From a virus (Duplodnaviria; Caudoviricetes): DNA of 51,821 bases. Made by a program: the position numbers and the translations under genes. The notes below the pieces were generated by a model, which saw only the letters and a program-made list of their open reading frames with translations, was not told the DNA's origin and did no database searches. The first letter of the stretch is position 1. The number at the start of each line of letters is the position of its first letter. The stretch lies in IMG/VR virus record IMGVR_UViG_3300017754_001798, positions 1 to 51,821 of that record; one strand, given 5' to 3'. This document shows positions 10,801 to 19,880 of this stretch, piece after piece.

Positions 10801-13800
10801 TTAAGGACGGTAGGGTGCCCCATAGCTACTATGGGTTTATAAATACGTCAGAGTTCTGGGCGGTCAACGGCTCCAATATTTTGGCTGGTCGGTATGGAGC
10901 GGAAACTAGACTTCAGAAACTGCGCCAGTATGTCAAAGAGTTTATTGAGAAGATCAAGAGTATCTTCGGTCTTGATACAGATGACCCAATTATTAGGGGG
11001 CTTAACGCCGTACTAAAAGGCGATGGTACCTTCTTACAGAAGCAGATGCTCGCCGATAGTCGTGGTGGGCCGCGTTCTCCAAGTTTAACTCCAGAAGGTC
11101 GGACCACTGCGGATACCGAAATCAGTGAAGACGAGAAGAAACTGCAAGAGCAATTCCGCCGTTCTGGTGACTTGCAGCCTGATGTCGTAGAGGCGATTCG
11201 CAACAACGATCTAAATGGTGCGCTTAATATTCTTGCCAACCGTCTCGGTGGGTTCTATGGTGAACTTGCGGCAAAACTTGCGTCACTTAACCTACAGACT
11301 TCTATCGCTTTTGATAATGGTAATAATCTGACATATCGTGCGGTAGAGCAAACTGTTGGACCGCAGTTGCAGCGTGTTATGAATTACATGCGGGTGGCTG
11401 ACCCAAACTATTACGATAATTGGTTTAAAGATTTTGATCGTCCAGAAAACCTGATTCGATTACGGACCGGAATTAATACCCTTTACTTTGATACTGTAAT
11501 AGCCAAAGGAAAAGGTAAACATAGTTTTACAGAAATAGCTAATGAAATTAAAGACGTATCTGACGCAATTTATAAATACGATGTAACTGGGGCGGCAGGT
11601 GCGTACTACAATCTGTTTGACGCTATATCCCTCAATACCAAGAATATGGCTGGTATGGGGAACCGTGTGTTCCTACATGAAGTCGTACACGCCGCAACCG
11701 TCTCTATTCTCCGCGCCGATCCTAGTCAACTAACAAAAGAGCAACTAGATGCTCGTGAGGAAATAGAAAAGCTATATAGGTTAGCGCAGCGCAACATCAA
11801 AGTTGGTGAATACGGATTAACAAATAGGTTTGAATTCCTTGCTGAGTTATTTACAAACGAAGAATTCCAAAAGTTACTAAAGGCTATCCCCTATCCTCCT
11901 GCACGGACTAACGTACTGTCTCGGTTCTTTAACGCCATTTTGCGCCTAGTCGGTGCTGACAATCTTGCCAGCCGTGCAATGGTTGAAGCCGAAAAACTGT
12001 TTACTGCGACTCGGTATCAAGAAGCCAAACCTATAGGGCCGTTGTTTGCTCAAGGTAAGAAGCGTCGGGTTCGTGGGCCTATATCTACACCAGACACCTA
12101 TCGCACCGCGTCAGATCAACAAAACATGTTCCTTCAGACTATGAAGGACGCATATGATGGTCGCATGGAATGGAAAGACGCGATAAAGATTCTAGGTCCT
12201 GCTCTTTGGGATTCTAAGAACGCGGTGCTTCGCGGTGCTACTTTACCGGTGTTAAACCTGACACACCTTGAAGATCTGACTCGTAACAAATTTACGCAGC
12301 TTACCGGTGCCCTGAAGATCATCCGCGATATGGTGGCGTATCGTGCCAAAAAGATGAATGCTGCCGGTGAGATACTTACTGAATGGACTAAACTCCAAAA
12401 GAAGAACTTTGCCCAATCTCAGCTTATGAGTCGTATTATGCTTGAGGCAACTATTCGTGGGGTTGATCCTGATACAGCTACGTCGGGTACATTAAACCCC
12501 GCATTCCAAAAAGCTTGGAACGCATTAAAGCCAGAATACAAAGAAATCTATCGTAAGGTTCGAGACTTCTACTCAGACTCAGTCACCCAGATGGTGCAGG
12601 AGATGAAGCGTCGCGCTGCGGCTATCCCAGACCCTGTAGCCCGTGCAGAAATGCTAAAGAAAATTGACGATCAATTCGGCCCTAACAATCTAGTTAAACC
12701 ATACTTCCCTTTACGGCGATTTGGCCAGTACTGGTTCCAAGTTGGCTCTGGTAATTTTAAAGAGTTTTACGAGTTTGAAAATCCAGTATCGCGTGATATC
12801 GCTATGCGTCGCCGTATACGAGAGTTATCGAAGGGTAACGCACAACAGAAGAAACTTGCAGAAACCATAGCTAAAGGCAATGGCATATCTGACCTGTATG
12901 GTCGTAACGTTGGTACGACTCAGGTGCTAAAAGATGTGCAAGAACTGGTAGACGGTGTTTCTGCTTCTAACGTAACTGACCTGAAAGACCAACTGCAAGA
13001 TAGCTTAAATCAGCTTATCTACCTGTTGTTGCCTCAGCAAAGTATGCGGAAGATGTTCATCAATCGTAAGGCTATTCAAGGTGCCAGTTCAGATATGTTG
13101 CGGGTATTTGCAACTACTGCAGTGCATAGCGCATACCAGCAGTCTCGGTTTATGTTTGCAGAGAAATTCTTGCAGAACCTAAACAACGCCCGTAGTGAGA
13201 TCGACGATGCCCAGAAGGTAGGGATGTTGGACACGGACACCGCCGCTGCGTATAAGGACTTTATCCTTGAAGTAGAGAAACGTGTACCGACGGTAATGAG
13301 TAATGAGGACACCAGCTTTACTGCACAAGTAGCAGGTAAGGCTTCGGAGCTTACGTTCTATTACATGCTTTCGGCCCCGTTCACTGCGATACTCAATACT
13401 ATCGGCGCGGTGCAGTTAGCTATGCCTTATATAGGTGGATCATACGGTTATGCCAAGGCAAACGCTCGGCTTCTAAAAAATATGGGGCGTTATCTTGGCA
13501 CATCCCCTACGCGTACGTTCATGCCATTAGCCAAAGGCGTCGTGTCACAAGTCAATTTCCCGTCTATCGTAGAGGGGGCAAAACTACCACCCTTACTACG
13601 GCGTGCAGCGGATAGGTTCTTAGATGATGGCGTCATTGATATTTCACTAACTAACGATATTTTCGAACTGGGGGATCGCCCATCTCAGTTATATACAGGT
13701 ATCGGTGCCACAGTTAAGAAGGTTATGTCCGGGTTGTTCCATCAGTCCGAACGCATGAACCGTGAGATCCTTTTATTGACCACGTTTGAATTAGCCTATG

Positions 13801-15161
13801 AAAAGGCGGTGAAGGACTATCAACGCCAGCCGGGTATGGAAGGTTTGCGTGGAGTCTATCTACGTGATGCGCAAGGCAACAAGACAAAGAATACACCGGA
13901 CCAAGCGTTTGAGATTGCTATTCAAGAAGCAACTCGCGTAGCCGCACTGACTTTGGGTGACTACTCTCGGCAGATGAAGGGCCGTATCTTCTCAAATCCG
14001 ATTGCCAACTTACTGTTGAAATTTAAACAGTACCCAATCCTTGCCCTCTTTGCGGTCTATCGTAATCTACAGATGGGGTACATTGAGCCGTTCAAGAAAG
14101 CCGAACTTGATCAGTATCGTGCGCTTCTAGAGAAAGAACTAGTAAACGATCCGAACAGAGATCAGGTCATTGAGCAGCGCATGGAGGAAGTCGAGGCTCA
14201 ACGTAAGGCGCTTTCAAAGGAGGCTCGTCGTAGATTGGCTGGCATCTTGGGTGTCTCTATGATTCTCGGTGGGCAGGTGGCTATGCCGTACTTCTCTTTG
14301 GTGTTAGGTACGCTGGTCAAGATGTTTGCTGGGGAGGATGAGGACGAATACTTCGACTGGGAGAACTGGTTCTACAACTACATGGAAACAGAGTTCGGTG
14401 GGTATCTCGGTGCCATGTTGGCTAATGCCGGAGTGAAGCCTGATACTGCTGAGAAAGCAGGAAGAACCGCTGCAGAGATTGTTACTCGCGGTGTGCCTTC
14501 CGCTATGGGCGCAGCGTTGGCAGACCGTATAAGCCTAGACCCTAAAGCCTTGTTGTGGCGGGACGGGCGGTTCTCTCCGGATGCACGGGAGAACTTTATC
14601 GAGTCCATAATTGCTAATTCCGGTCCGGTGGTTGGGCTTGGACTTAACTTCACCGACGCTTATCAGCTTGCTAAGGATGGTCAGTATGGACGCGCTGCCG
14701 AAAAAGCTCTCCCTGCCATCGTTGCAAAACCTTTATCCGCTGCCCGCATGAGTGAAGAAGGGGCCAAAACTAAAGGTGGGGATGTGCTGATTAACGACTT
14801 CACCATGACAGAACTAGCTTTGCAAGCAATCGGCCTTCAACCAGAACGCCTTGCCCAGAAGCAAAAGGCTGCAGCTTCTATGAAGTTGAAAGAGCAGAAG
14901 ATATTGGCCGAACGCTCTGCAATTATGGATAGGCTTTGGATGGAACGTGACAATCCCGATGCCTATGCCGAGCAGTACGACCGGGCTTTGGATTTCTCTG
15001 AGAAATACCCAGACGCTAAGATCACCCCTCGTCAGATTAGGGAGTCCTTCAAGAAACGTCAGAAAGACGCTATGGAAGCAGAGATGTACGGCGCTCGTAT
15101 CGACAAACGGCTTCGTGCGCAGTTGGGGGAAATGGGTGAATTCGCTGAGGATGAAGAGTAA
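7881..15161 (+). CDS. Giant internal virion/polyvalent-type protein with two zincin (HExxH) motifs
   Basis: 2426 aa; HEILH at 10599-10613 and HEVVH at 11676-11690, each followed by a downstream EF motif; last gene of the ejection cluster. Confidence 0.7.
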   Translation: MNYLEEAKKFGGTPVTSDTKINFLEEAKKMGGAPVPTQQINYLDAAKQFGGMPVAAPDSATRDTVTNPFAVEGAAAAPVVDKSLSPIEETVKGVKSGISSVKSIPTSTGAFVDVGAALTNLNIASLYDKIDKGEITDPLQIKAGSDFETSRARMYLNSKPETRKVLRDKATQEVANRKENIQEAVNILQQYQKENLVNKGRTQDLTDIEGVTDFANWAAFNLGSGGVQLVPIIAAAVTTGGLGVFATGTTMELSGGVQNRLNYIVDKTKDIQDPKAKADAVFDYLAKSGDVTLASAIASGTVDVILGPAAELIKRPAAQLIKEQTRKEIAKEIPKAIIKQGGEEFLAGGIQETIQIAAERALGEQTGDFLTKENIKRIVNAAAAESVAGGAYGGGAKAVQAAFAKPSTSGVNTSTAEGRAMAGLDALAASEEAATTAATEATTRAKRESGAGAAQPLRTLDSLTTQEVSNIERQLFAELGRAPTAEELEGAFNEYIAEQNASLGVESGASVAGVSNTGAEQPAGAAGVSDTGAAATPDAGGLGVSGVSTGQLEAGTTEQLGALEEAETLYTELSAESDAAWEEYQAAKNAYEALTENTPEDVQAEIYNAYRATRDKWSALTDEAIAAKENYNFLLEGLKTPEQIADESTEGIPSTEDVEAAAPEAEEVITEGEPASVEALATSYADELFEANPDYDVEEYDAAETKLFEDLKAQGLTDQVARDTASKVFSDRLVELDEGREGKIFKSLTPTPATYISPAVGSVPTNKFGINRLNKLYSDGKISAQEYADGMIKLYEELEDKAIKKSMSRGLKRERGLGAVIKALEDAVKKGRISEETAEFAKWLLLQNPAIAADLAISIKIPQTVRAQEQNAGVAGFYSDMARLVRIITRKNEDGKYLATPSDVAVHEILHHMERMLPTELRALIREEWKVRVQKAMDKAVKENNLEVIKYLALVVNGNAAQSSGVMQEAENMIKDGRVPHSYYGFINTSEFWAVNGSNILAGRYGAETRLQKLRQYVKEFIEKIKSIFGLDTDDPIIRGLNAVLKGDGTFLQKQMLADSRGGPRSPSLTPEGRTTADTEISEDEKKLQEQFRRSGDLQPDVVEAIRNNDLNGALNILANRLGGFYGELAAKLASLNLQTSIAFDNGNNLTYRAVEQTVGPQLQRVMNYMRVADPNYYDNWFKDFDRPENLIRLRTGINTLYFDTVIAKGKGKHSFTEIANEIKDVSDAIYKYDVTGAAGAYYNLFDAISLNTKNMAGMGNRVFLHEVVHAATVSILRADPSQLTKEQLDAREEIEKLYRLAQRNIKVGEYGLTNRFEFLAELFTNEEFQKLLKAIPYPPARTNVLSRFFNAILRLVGADNLASRAMVEAEKLFTATRYQEAKPIGPLFAQGKKRRVRGPISTPDTYRTASDQQNMFLQTMKDAYDGRMEWKDAIKILGPALWDSKNAVLRGATLPVLNLTHLEDLTRNKFTQLTGALKIIRDMVAYRAKKMNAAGEILTEWTKLQKKNFAQSQLMSRIMLEATIRGVDPDTATSGTLNPAFQKAWNALKPEYKEIYRKVRDFYSDSVTQMVQEMKRRAAAIPDPVARAEMLKKIDDQFGPNNLVKPYFPLRRFGQYWFQVGSGNFKEFYEFENPVSRDIAMRRRIRELSKGNAQQKKLAETIAKGNGISDLYGRNVGTTQVLKDVQELVDGVSASNVTDLKDQLQDSLNQLIYLLLPQQSMRKMFINRKAIQGASSDMLRVFATTAVHSAYQQSRFMFAEKFLQNLNNARSEIDDAQKVGMLDTDTAAAYKDFILEVEKRVPTVMSNEDTSFTAQVAGKASELTFYYMLSAPFTAILNTIGAVQLAMPYIGGSYGYAKANARLLKNMGRYLGTSPTRTFMPLAKGVVSQVNFPSIVEGAKLPPLLRRAADRFLDDGVIDISLTNDIFELGDRPSQLYTGIGATVKKVMSGLFHQSERMNREILLLTTFELAYEKAVKDYQRQPGMEGLRGVYLRDAQGNKTKNTPDQAFEIAIQEATRVAALTLGDYSRQMKGRIFSNPIANLLLKFKQYPILALFAVYRNLQMGYIEPFKKAELDQYRALLEKELVNDPNRDQVIEQRMEEVEAQRKALSKEARRRLAGILGVSMILGGQVAMPYFSLVLGTLVKMFAGEDEDEYFDWENWFYNYMETEFGGYLGAMLANAGVKPDTAEKAGRTAAEIVTRGVPSAMGAALADRISLDPKALLWRDGRFSPDARENFIESIIANSGPVVGLGLNFTDAYQLAKDGQYGRAAEKALPAIVAKPLSAARMSEEGAKTKGGDVLINDFTMTELALQAIGLQPERLAQKQKAAASMKLKEQKILAERSAIMDRLWMERDNPDAYAEQYDRALDFSEKYPDAKITPRQIRESFKKRQKDAMEAEMYGARIDKRLRAQLGEMGEFAEDEE

Positions 15162-15195
15162 AAAAAACCCCCGGCCAAAGAGGGGGTGCCGGGGG
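15160..15195 (-). terminator. Intrinsic terminator of the leftward replication operon
   Basis: CCCCCGGC/GCCGGGGG stem followed by a T-run on the minus strand, at the convergence of the two arms. Confidence 0.65.
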
Positions 15196-15248
15196 GAAAA
15201 ACATCTAGGAGAAACAACGTAAAAGCAACACGTTGTGTACCCATAATA

Positions 15249-15446
15249 CTACCTAATTCTCCAAACTCGCAAGCCGCGTACCCCATCCTCAATTACAACC
15301 TTGCTAACTATCTTAAAACCTAGTCGGCGTGAGATTCGCTTAACATCTTCTTTGGCTTGATACGCGTGTATACAAGGGACAAAGAAAGAGGAGTTTATAA
15401 AAAACTTCCTCCAGTTAACTGTGTACGTGACCCCGTCAACTACCAT
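15249..15446 (-). CDS. Small hypothetical phage protein
   Basis: 65 aa, overlaps the primase stop, ends GLRVWRIR. Confidence 0.6.
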   Translation of the reverse strand: MVVDGVTYTVNWRKFFINSSFFVPCIHAYQAKEDVKRISRRLGFKIVSKVVIEDGVRGLRVWRIR

Positions 15447-18291
15447 CAGTGCCAGTGGCTACCGCTTCCTCATCTGAACCAGATTCGGTCTGCGCCGCAC
15501 CAATATAAGTATCAGGATCAAGGAAATCACCACGGGAGCAATCAAATACGTAGGTATCCACCGGCGGAGTGCTAGACAGCTTGGTGCCCTTGGACATACG
15601 TTTTTTGATTGTGCCGACGTATACACCTTCCGACGCCAGAGCGTTCAAGACATCTTTCAAAGTAATCTGATTCTTGGAACAGTACTCCCTGAACTTTTTG
15701 GAAACAAGGAATAGTTTCTGAGTATCTGGCTCCATACGCACCGTCAACTCCCCTCGCGGCTCCAGAATCGGCAGTAACTCAACTCCCGTGCGTTTATCGA
15801 TCTCGTCGTTAATCACCAAAGTATTCTGGCGCTGCTCGTTCCAGTATTCACCTATCACACTAGCGTAGCTGGATGCGGGCGGCTTGATCTCTTGACGCAT
15901 TTGGGTAAACTCTTTGACCAGCCACTTGAACACCCTGCCGACATCAATATCGATCAAGCCAAGTCTACGTGCAAACATAGCACCGGCGATGTTGCAGGCT
16001 GCTACCCCCGACCAGAACCGCTCTCGGTTTGTGAAGCCGATCTTGCGGTCAATCAGAAGCTGGATATCTTTAACTTCTCTGATACGTTCCTCAAGATTGC
16101 ATACCAAGTCACGGATATAGATACGCCCTGCGTGGCCGTAGTTGGAGTACAACTTAGGAAATACCTCGTCGGCTTCTTCTTTGGTCATCACCTTAGTCTC
16201 GGGGATGCTGTACTCAATGACCCGCATCAACTCACCATCCGCAGTTGCCTTCAAAGACTTCAGCTTATCTACTGCCGAAGCGTTTGAGGAACACAACAGA
16301 ATTGTTTCCCATCTAGCAAAGTTATTACGCTCGGCGTTCTCGCTGGACTTCATCCTAGCCCTGCCTCTACCCTGCGATGCAGCGTATGAAAGGTCCGAAA
16401 AATCATCCGGAGTCATCTTGGTAAGCTCGTCACAACCAAGAGGTAGGTTATTCATCACCCCTAGCCGGTGCAACTTCACATTCATGGTATCTCGTTGAAT
16501 CAGCATAACTTCTTCCGGATGGCCGTAGATGCTGTGCATTGCTTTAATTGCTGTGGTCTTACCGGTACCAGACTGATTGTTGATCATGTTGATCAAGGCA
16601 CCCTTTAAGTTCAGGTGCTTTAGCAGTGGTGCGCCAAAACCGGTGAAGAACCCAAAAGCCATAGGCTCAAGCCCCGGCAGATCATACACACTGATAACGC
16701 TCTTCCATTCCTCTAACGACCCCACTGGAATAAAGTAATCTGCCAATGGTGCGGTATAACTTGATGGTGGGCTATAGCGGTCTCCGTCAGCACAAATTTC
16801 GGTATCGCCAACAACAAATGAACGACTATTTTCGGTCCACCCAAACTGGGTACGCATAATGTCTGCTCCTTCTCTACACTGCAATTCTTTTGTAAACCTG
16901 ACAATGTAGGCCATAATCGCTTCCATCTGTTTCTTCATAGCGATAACGCCAAACCATGCCAACTTTTCTCGTAGCTTCTCTGTAGTAAGCAAGTCAACTG
17001 CTGGTAACGCAAACTCACGCACACCATCTTTGGGGGTGTGCAGCCGCATCCATACAACTTCACCATGTTGCGGGTCTTTCATACGCTTTACTACATAGAG
17101 GTCATGCTCATAAATAAGCACGGCTTCATCGTCCTCGTCATCTGCCTTCCTGTATACACCACCAGTTTTTCCGCGAAAGTAGGGGTACGGGTATTCAGGC
17201 ACGGTGTACGTCACCGGTTTGCTGACATCTGATGGGGTAAATTGAATTACGTTATCTTCTGGTTCCGCTGCCACAATCTCTTGGCCGAGAACAATAGGAG
17301 AAGTAACCTTTCCCTTGTTCGGGCAGTTGTCACAGCCGCCGGGGTTGATCTTGTCAAACGCATCACAGGTATACGGGCCTTTGATTCTTGCCGCTTTCTC
17401 TGCGGTTGCTACAGGTGAATAGTCGGGGTGCTTAGACGAGATGTCATGGATTGCTTCCTCCATATCAACGCAGTGAGCCGCTATAGATAGCGCGGCCCTC
17501 CACCGAGGCTCCTCCAGACTTTCTTGATCCGCTATAGCCGAAGCCAACTGCGGACACGCACCATCCTTTTCAACCTTCATCATGATGGTAGAGAACCGAG
17601 ACTGCTTGTTCCCCATCAAAGATTTGGTCAACTCGTTAATTTGTGTACGAGCATATTCAGGTACTTCTTCAAGCACACCAAGAATGTTTTTGAATTCTTC
17701 GTAGCTAGTTTCGGCACCGATGCACATCAGAACGACATCCACAGGGGGGTCGCTCTTTGTATTTAAAGTTTCAGGTATACGAAGAATAGAAGCCGCATCC
17801 GCAGTACGCGCTGGGTCTGCATGGAATCCACGTTCATGACAAACAGTCTTTAACCTATCTGCAATAGGTTTCCACTGTTGCCGCGTTATAGCTTCCTTGA
17901 GTGTCCAGTAAACATGCACCCCACGACCGGAGTTAACCATCGTCGGTTTGGGTAAGCCGAGGTCAGCACAAAAATGTTTAAGGGCTTGTACCCCATCACC
18001 TTGCGTTTCGTACGGCTTACCTTCTCCGCAATCAACGTCCAGCCAGAACGATTTGATATTCTTAACGTTATCAGTCGTGCGAGTGCTGTTTGTTTCGTAT
18101 TTTGAACAGGCAAAGTAAACGTCATAGTTCTTTAGCAAAAGATCGTTTACTTCTTGCTCAACTTCCTCCAGAGTTTGCACGAAAACCTGCTTCGGCATTC
18201 CGGTCTTCTTTAGACCCACCACACAGTACCATCCCTCATCGGAGAGGACTGCGGACAACAAGTCTGTTCTTGCCATTTTTATCGCCGCCAA
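15436..18291 (-). CDS. Primase-helicase (AEP-type primase + DUF927-like + P-loop helicase)
   Basis: WLDVD and NSGRGVHVYW primase motifs, Cys cluster (PYTC..CDNCP), Walker A SGTGKTT, Walker B LGCDE. Confidence 0.8.
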   Translation of the reverse strand: MAAIKMARTDLLSAVLSDEGWYCVVGLKKTGMPKQVFVQTLEEVEQEVNDLLLKNYDVYFACSKYETNSTRTTDNVKNIKSFWLDVDCGEGKPYETQGDGVQALKHFCADLGLPKPTMVNSGRGVHVYWTLKEAITRQQWKPIADRLKTVCHERGFHADPARTADAASILRIPETLNTKSDPPVDVVLMCIGAETSYEEFKNILGVLEEVPEYARTQINELTKSLMGNKQSRFSTIMMKVEKDGACPQLASAIADQESLEEPRWRAALSIAAHCVDMEEAIHDISSKHPDYSPVATAEKAARIKGPYTCDAFDKINPGGCDNCPNKGKVTSPIVLGQEIVAAEPEDNVIQFTPSDVSKPVTYTVPEYPYPYFRGKTGGVYRKADDEDDEAVLIYEHDLYVVKRMKDPQHGEVVWMRLHTPKDGVREFALPAVDLLTTEKLREKLAWFGVIAMKKQMEAIMAYIVRFTKELQCREGADIMRTQFGWTENSRSFVVGDTEICADGDRYSPPSSYTAPLADYFIPVGSLEEWKSVISVYDLPGLEPMAFGFFTGFGAPLLKHLNLKGALINMINNQSGTGKTTAIKAMHSIYGHPEEVMLIQRDTMNVKLHRLGVMNNLPLGCDELTKMTPDDFSDLSYAASQGRGRARMKSSENAERNNFARWETILLCSSNASAVDKLKSLKATADGELMRVIEYSIPETKVMTKEEADEVFPKLYSNYGHAGRIYIRDLVCNLEERIREVKDIQLLIDRKIGFTNRERFWSGVAACNIAGAMFARRLGLIDIDVGRVFKWLVKEFTQMRQEIKPPASSYASVIGEYWNEQRQNTLVINDEIDKRTGVELLPILEPRGELTVRMEPDTQKLFLVSKKFREYCSKNQITLKDVLNALASEGVYVGTIKKRMSKGTKLSSTPPVDTYVFDCSRGDFLDPDTYIGAAQTESGSDEEAVATGTDGS

Positions 18292-18299
18292 TGCCGAGG

Positions 18300-18542
18300 T
18301 TATAGGGAGAACTTAGCCTGTTTCAGGATAGTCGATATCTTTTCTGCGTTAGATTTACGGGGTAACCATTCACCTACAAACCACTTGTAGATGGTCATCC
18401 TACTAACGCCAAAATACTCAGCTACATCTGATACGGGAATTTCTTTGGTGATGCAGAAGCGCCCCAGCGCAACGCCGGGGCTTTCCACACTAGCCTCTAA
18501 GTTCGCTTTGATGATCCTTGAAGCGTAACCACGGTTGTCCAT
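18300..18542 (-). CDS. Cro/CI-like helix-turn-helix protein
   Basis: VSDVAEYFGVSRMTIYKWFVGEWLP is a canonical HTH. Confidence 0.8.
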   Translation of the reverse strand: MDNRGYASRIIKANLEASVESPGVALGRFCITKEIPVSDVAEYFGVSRMTIYKWFVGEWLPRKSNAEKISTILKQAKFSL

Positions 18543-18544
18543 GA

Positions 18545-19405
18545 TTAATCATCTGTAGACCAACTATTGATTACCTCTGCAAAGTCCTTCTTAGCTGCAG
18601 GTTCCGCGTTTTTCTTCGAAGCGCGTTTAGTCGGCTCTGGAACGTCTTCAGGCGCTTCGACTTTGACCGGGGCCGATATTTTCTTCTTAGCACCGTCTGT
18701 CGTTGCCGGAGTCTGCGCAATAGCTGCCTTTGCAGCCGGGCTGTCACCTTTTGCACGGGCAATCTCCCACTGTTCACGGGTTAAGAACTTAACGGGCTTG
18801 AACGTCAGCTTCGGGGTATCTGAATCAGAATCCAGACGCATCTCTGTAATCAGAGTATTGATGTTCTTACCTTGCGAACCAACGTACTTGGCGTACTGCT
18901 GGAACGGCATCTTGTCTACATCGCCACGGCCAAAGATCGACGTAGATGGCAGTGTGAGTTGATATACATCACCCTCAATATCGTCGGCCAACAAGACAGC
19001 CAGACGCTGCTGGAATCGGCAAGCGCGGGAGTCACCATTACCAGAACCTTTAATGTTCTGTGGGCAGCTTTCGCATGTTTCGCCCTGTGGGGATTCGATG
19101 CTTGCATCAGGACGCTTACCATCATTCGACCAGCAGTCAGGTGCCGCAGATTCACCGGCTACGTATTTACCAGCGTAGAACTGACGGGCGATGTCACGGC
19201 CACCATTAACGATGACGATGTTCATGGCACGGTTCTCGTTCTTCGCAACTTCTTCTCCCGATACCATGAGACGGAACACGCCGCCACGAATCGAGATACG
19301 CTTGGTAGATGTATTACCAGCAAGGGATTTAGTCAGATCATCCAACTCAACTTCTTTAAGGTAGTCGGGCAGATTGTTTGATTGAAACAAAGTGATGTCG
19401 CTCAT
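18545..19405 (-). CDS. Putative ssDNA-binding protein
   Basis: 286 aa with CWSNDG/CESCPQN/CRF motif, low-complexity tail with acidic end (WSTDD), in the replication module. Confidence 0.55.
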   Translation of the reverse strand: MSDITLFQSNNLPDYLKEVELDDLTKSLAGNTSTKRISIRGGVFRLMVSGEEVAKNENRAMNIVIVNGGRDIARQFYAGKYVAGESAAPDCWSNDGKRPDASIESPQGETCESCPQNIKGSGNGDSRACRFQQRLAVLLADDIEGDVYQLTLPSTSIFGRGDVDKMPFQQYAKYVGSQGKNINTLITEMRLDSDSDTPKLTFKPVKFLTREQWEIARAKGDSPAAKAAIAQTPATTDGAKKKISAPVKVEAPEDVPEPTKRASKKNAEPAAKKDFAEVINSWSTDD

Positions 19406-19418
19406 TGCGTTCTCCTAA

Positions 19419-19814
19419 TTACTTACGTTTGATGGTAAATTCATATTCACTATCCACATGTAGTCCGGGCGGGTGTAAATCAGGATTACCCTCCATGAAC
19501 TCTTTCATGTTTGTTTGGTGAATACGTTTTTCTAAAAGCCCCATAGCCGCATGTTCCTGCATAAAACCGTAAAATCTTTCCCAATCGTTAGTCCAATAAC
19601 GATTTTTGACCGTACGGTATGCGGTGTAGTCGGGGGTAGAAAAAGTGGTAGCGCCGGTCTCTTTAGATAATTCAAGCAGTTTGTGCTTCAACACTGCCAT
19701 CTGTTCTTCAAGTTCAGCGGTGTCTTTTCTGTATGCGTGATAAATAGCTTCTTTTTTATCGCGTATTTTTACGTACGTCTCGATAATTTTATCGATAGGT
19801 ATATCAATTGGCAT
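19419..19814 (-). CDS. Hypothetical phage replication-module protein
   Basis: 131 aa, GGAGG RBS, N-terminal coiled coil, DW..FY and PPGL motifs. Confidence 0.6.
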   Translation of the reverse strand: MPIDIPIDKIIETYVKIRDKKEAIYHAYRKDTAELEEQMAVLKHKLLELSKETGATTFSTPDYTAYRTVKNRYWTNDWERFYGFMQEHAAMGLLEKRIHQTNMKEFMEGNPDLHPPGLHVDSEYEFTIKRK

Positions 19815-19849
19815 TACGTCCTCCTTTGTTCGGCAGTAGCCGATTTCTT

Positions 19850-19877
19850 ATACTACCATAGCTCTTTACAGTGTCAA
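19850..19877 (-). promoter_or_regulatory. Putative sigma70 promoter
   Basis: TTGACA-16 nt-TAGTAT with extended -10 TG, in the gap upstream of 19814. Confidence 0.55.
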
Positions 19878-19880
19878 GAA

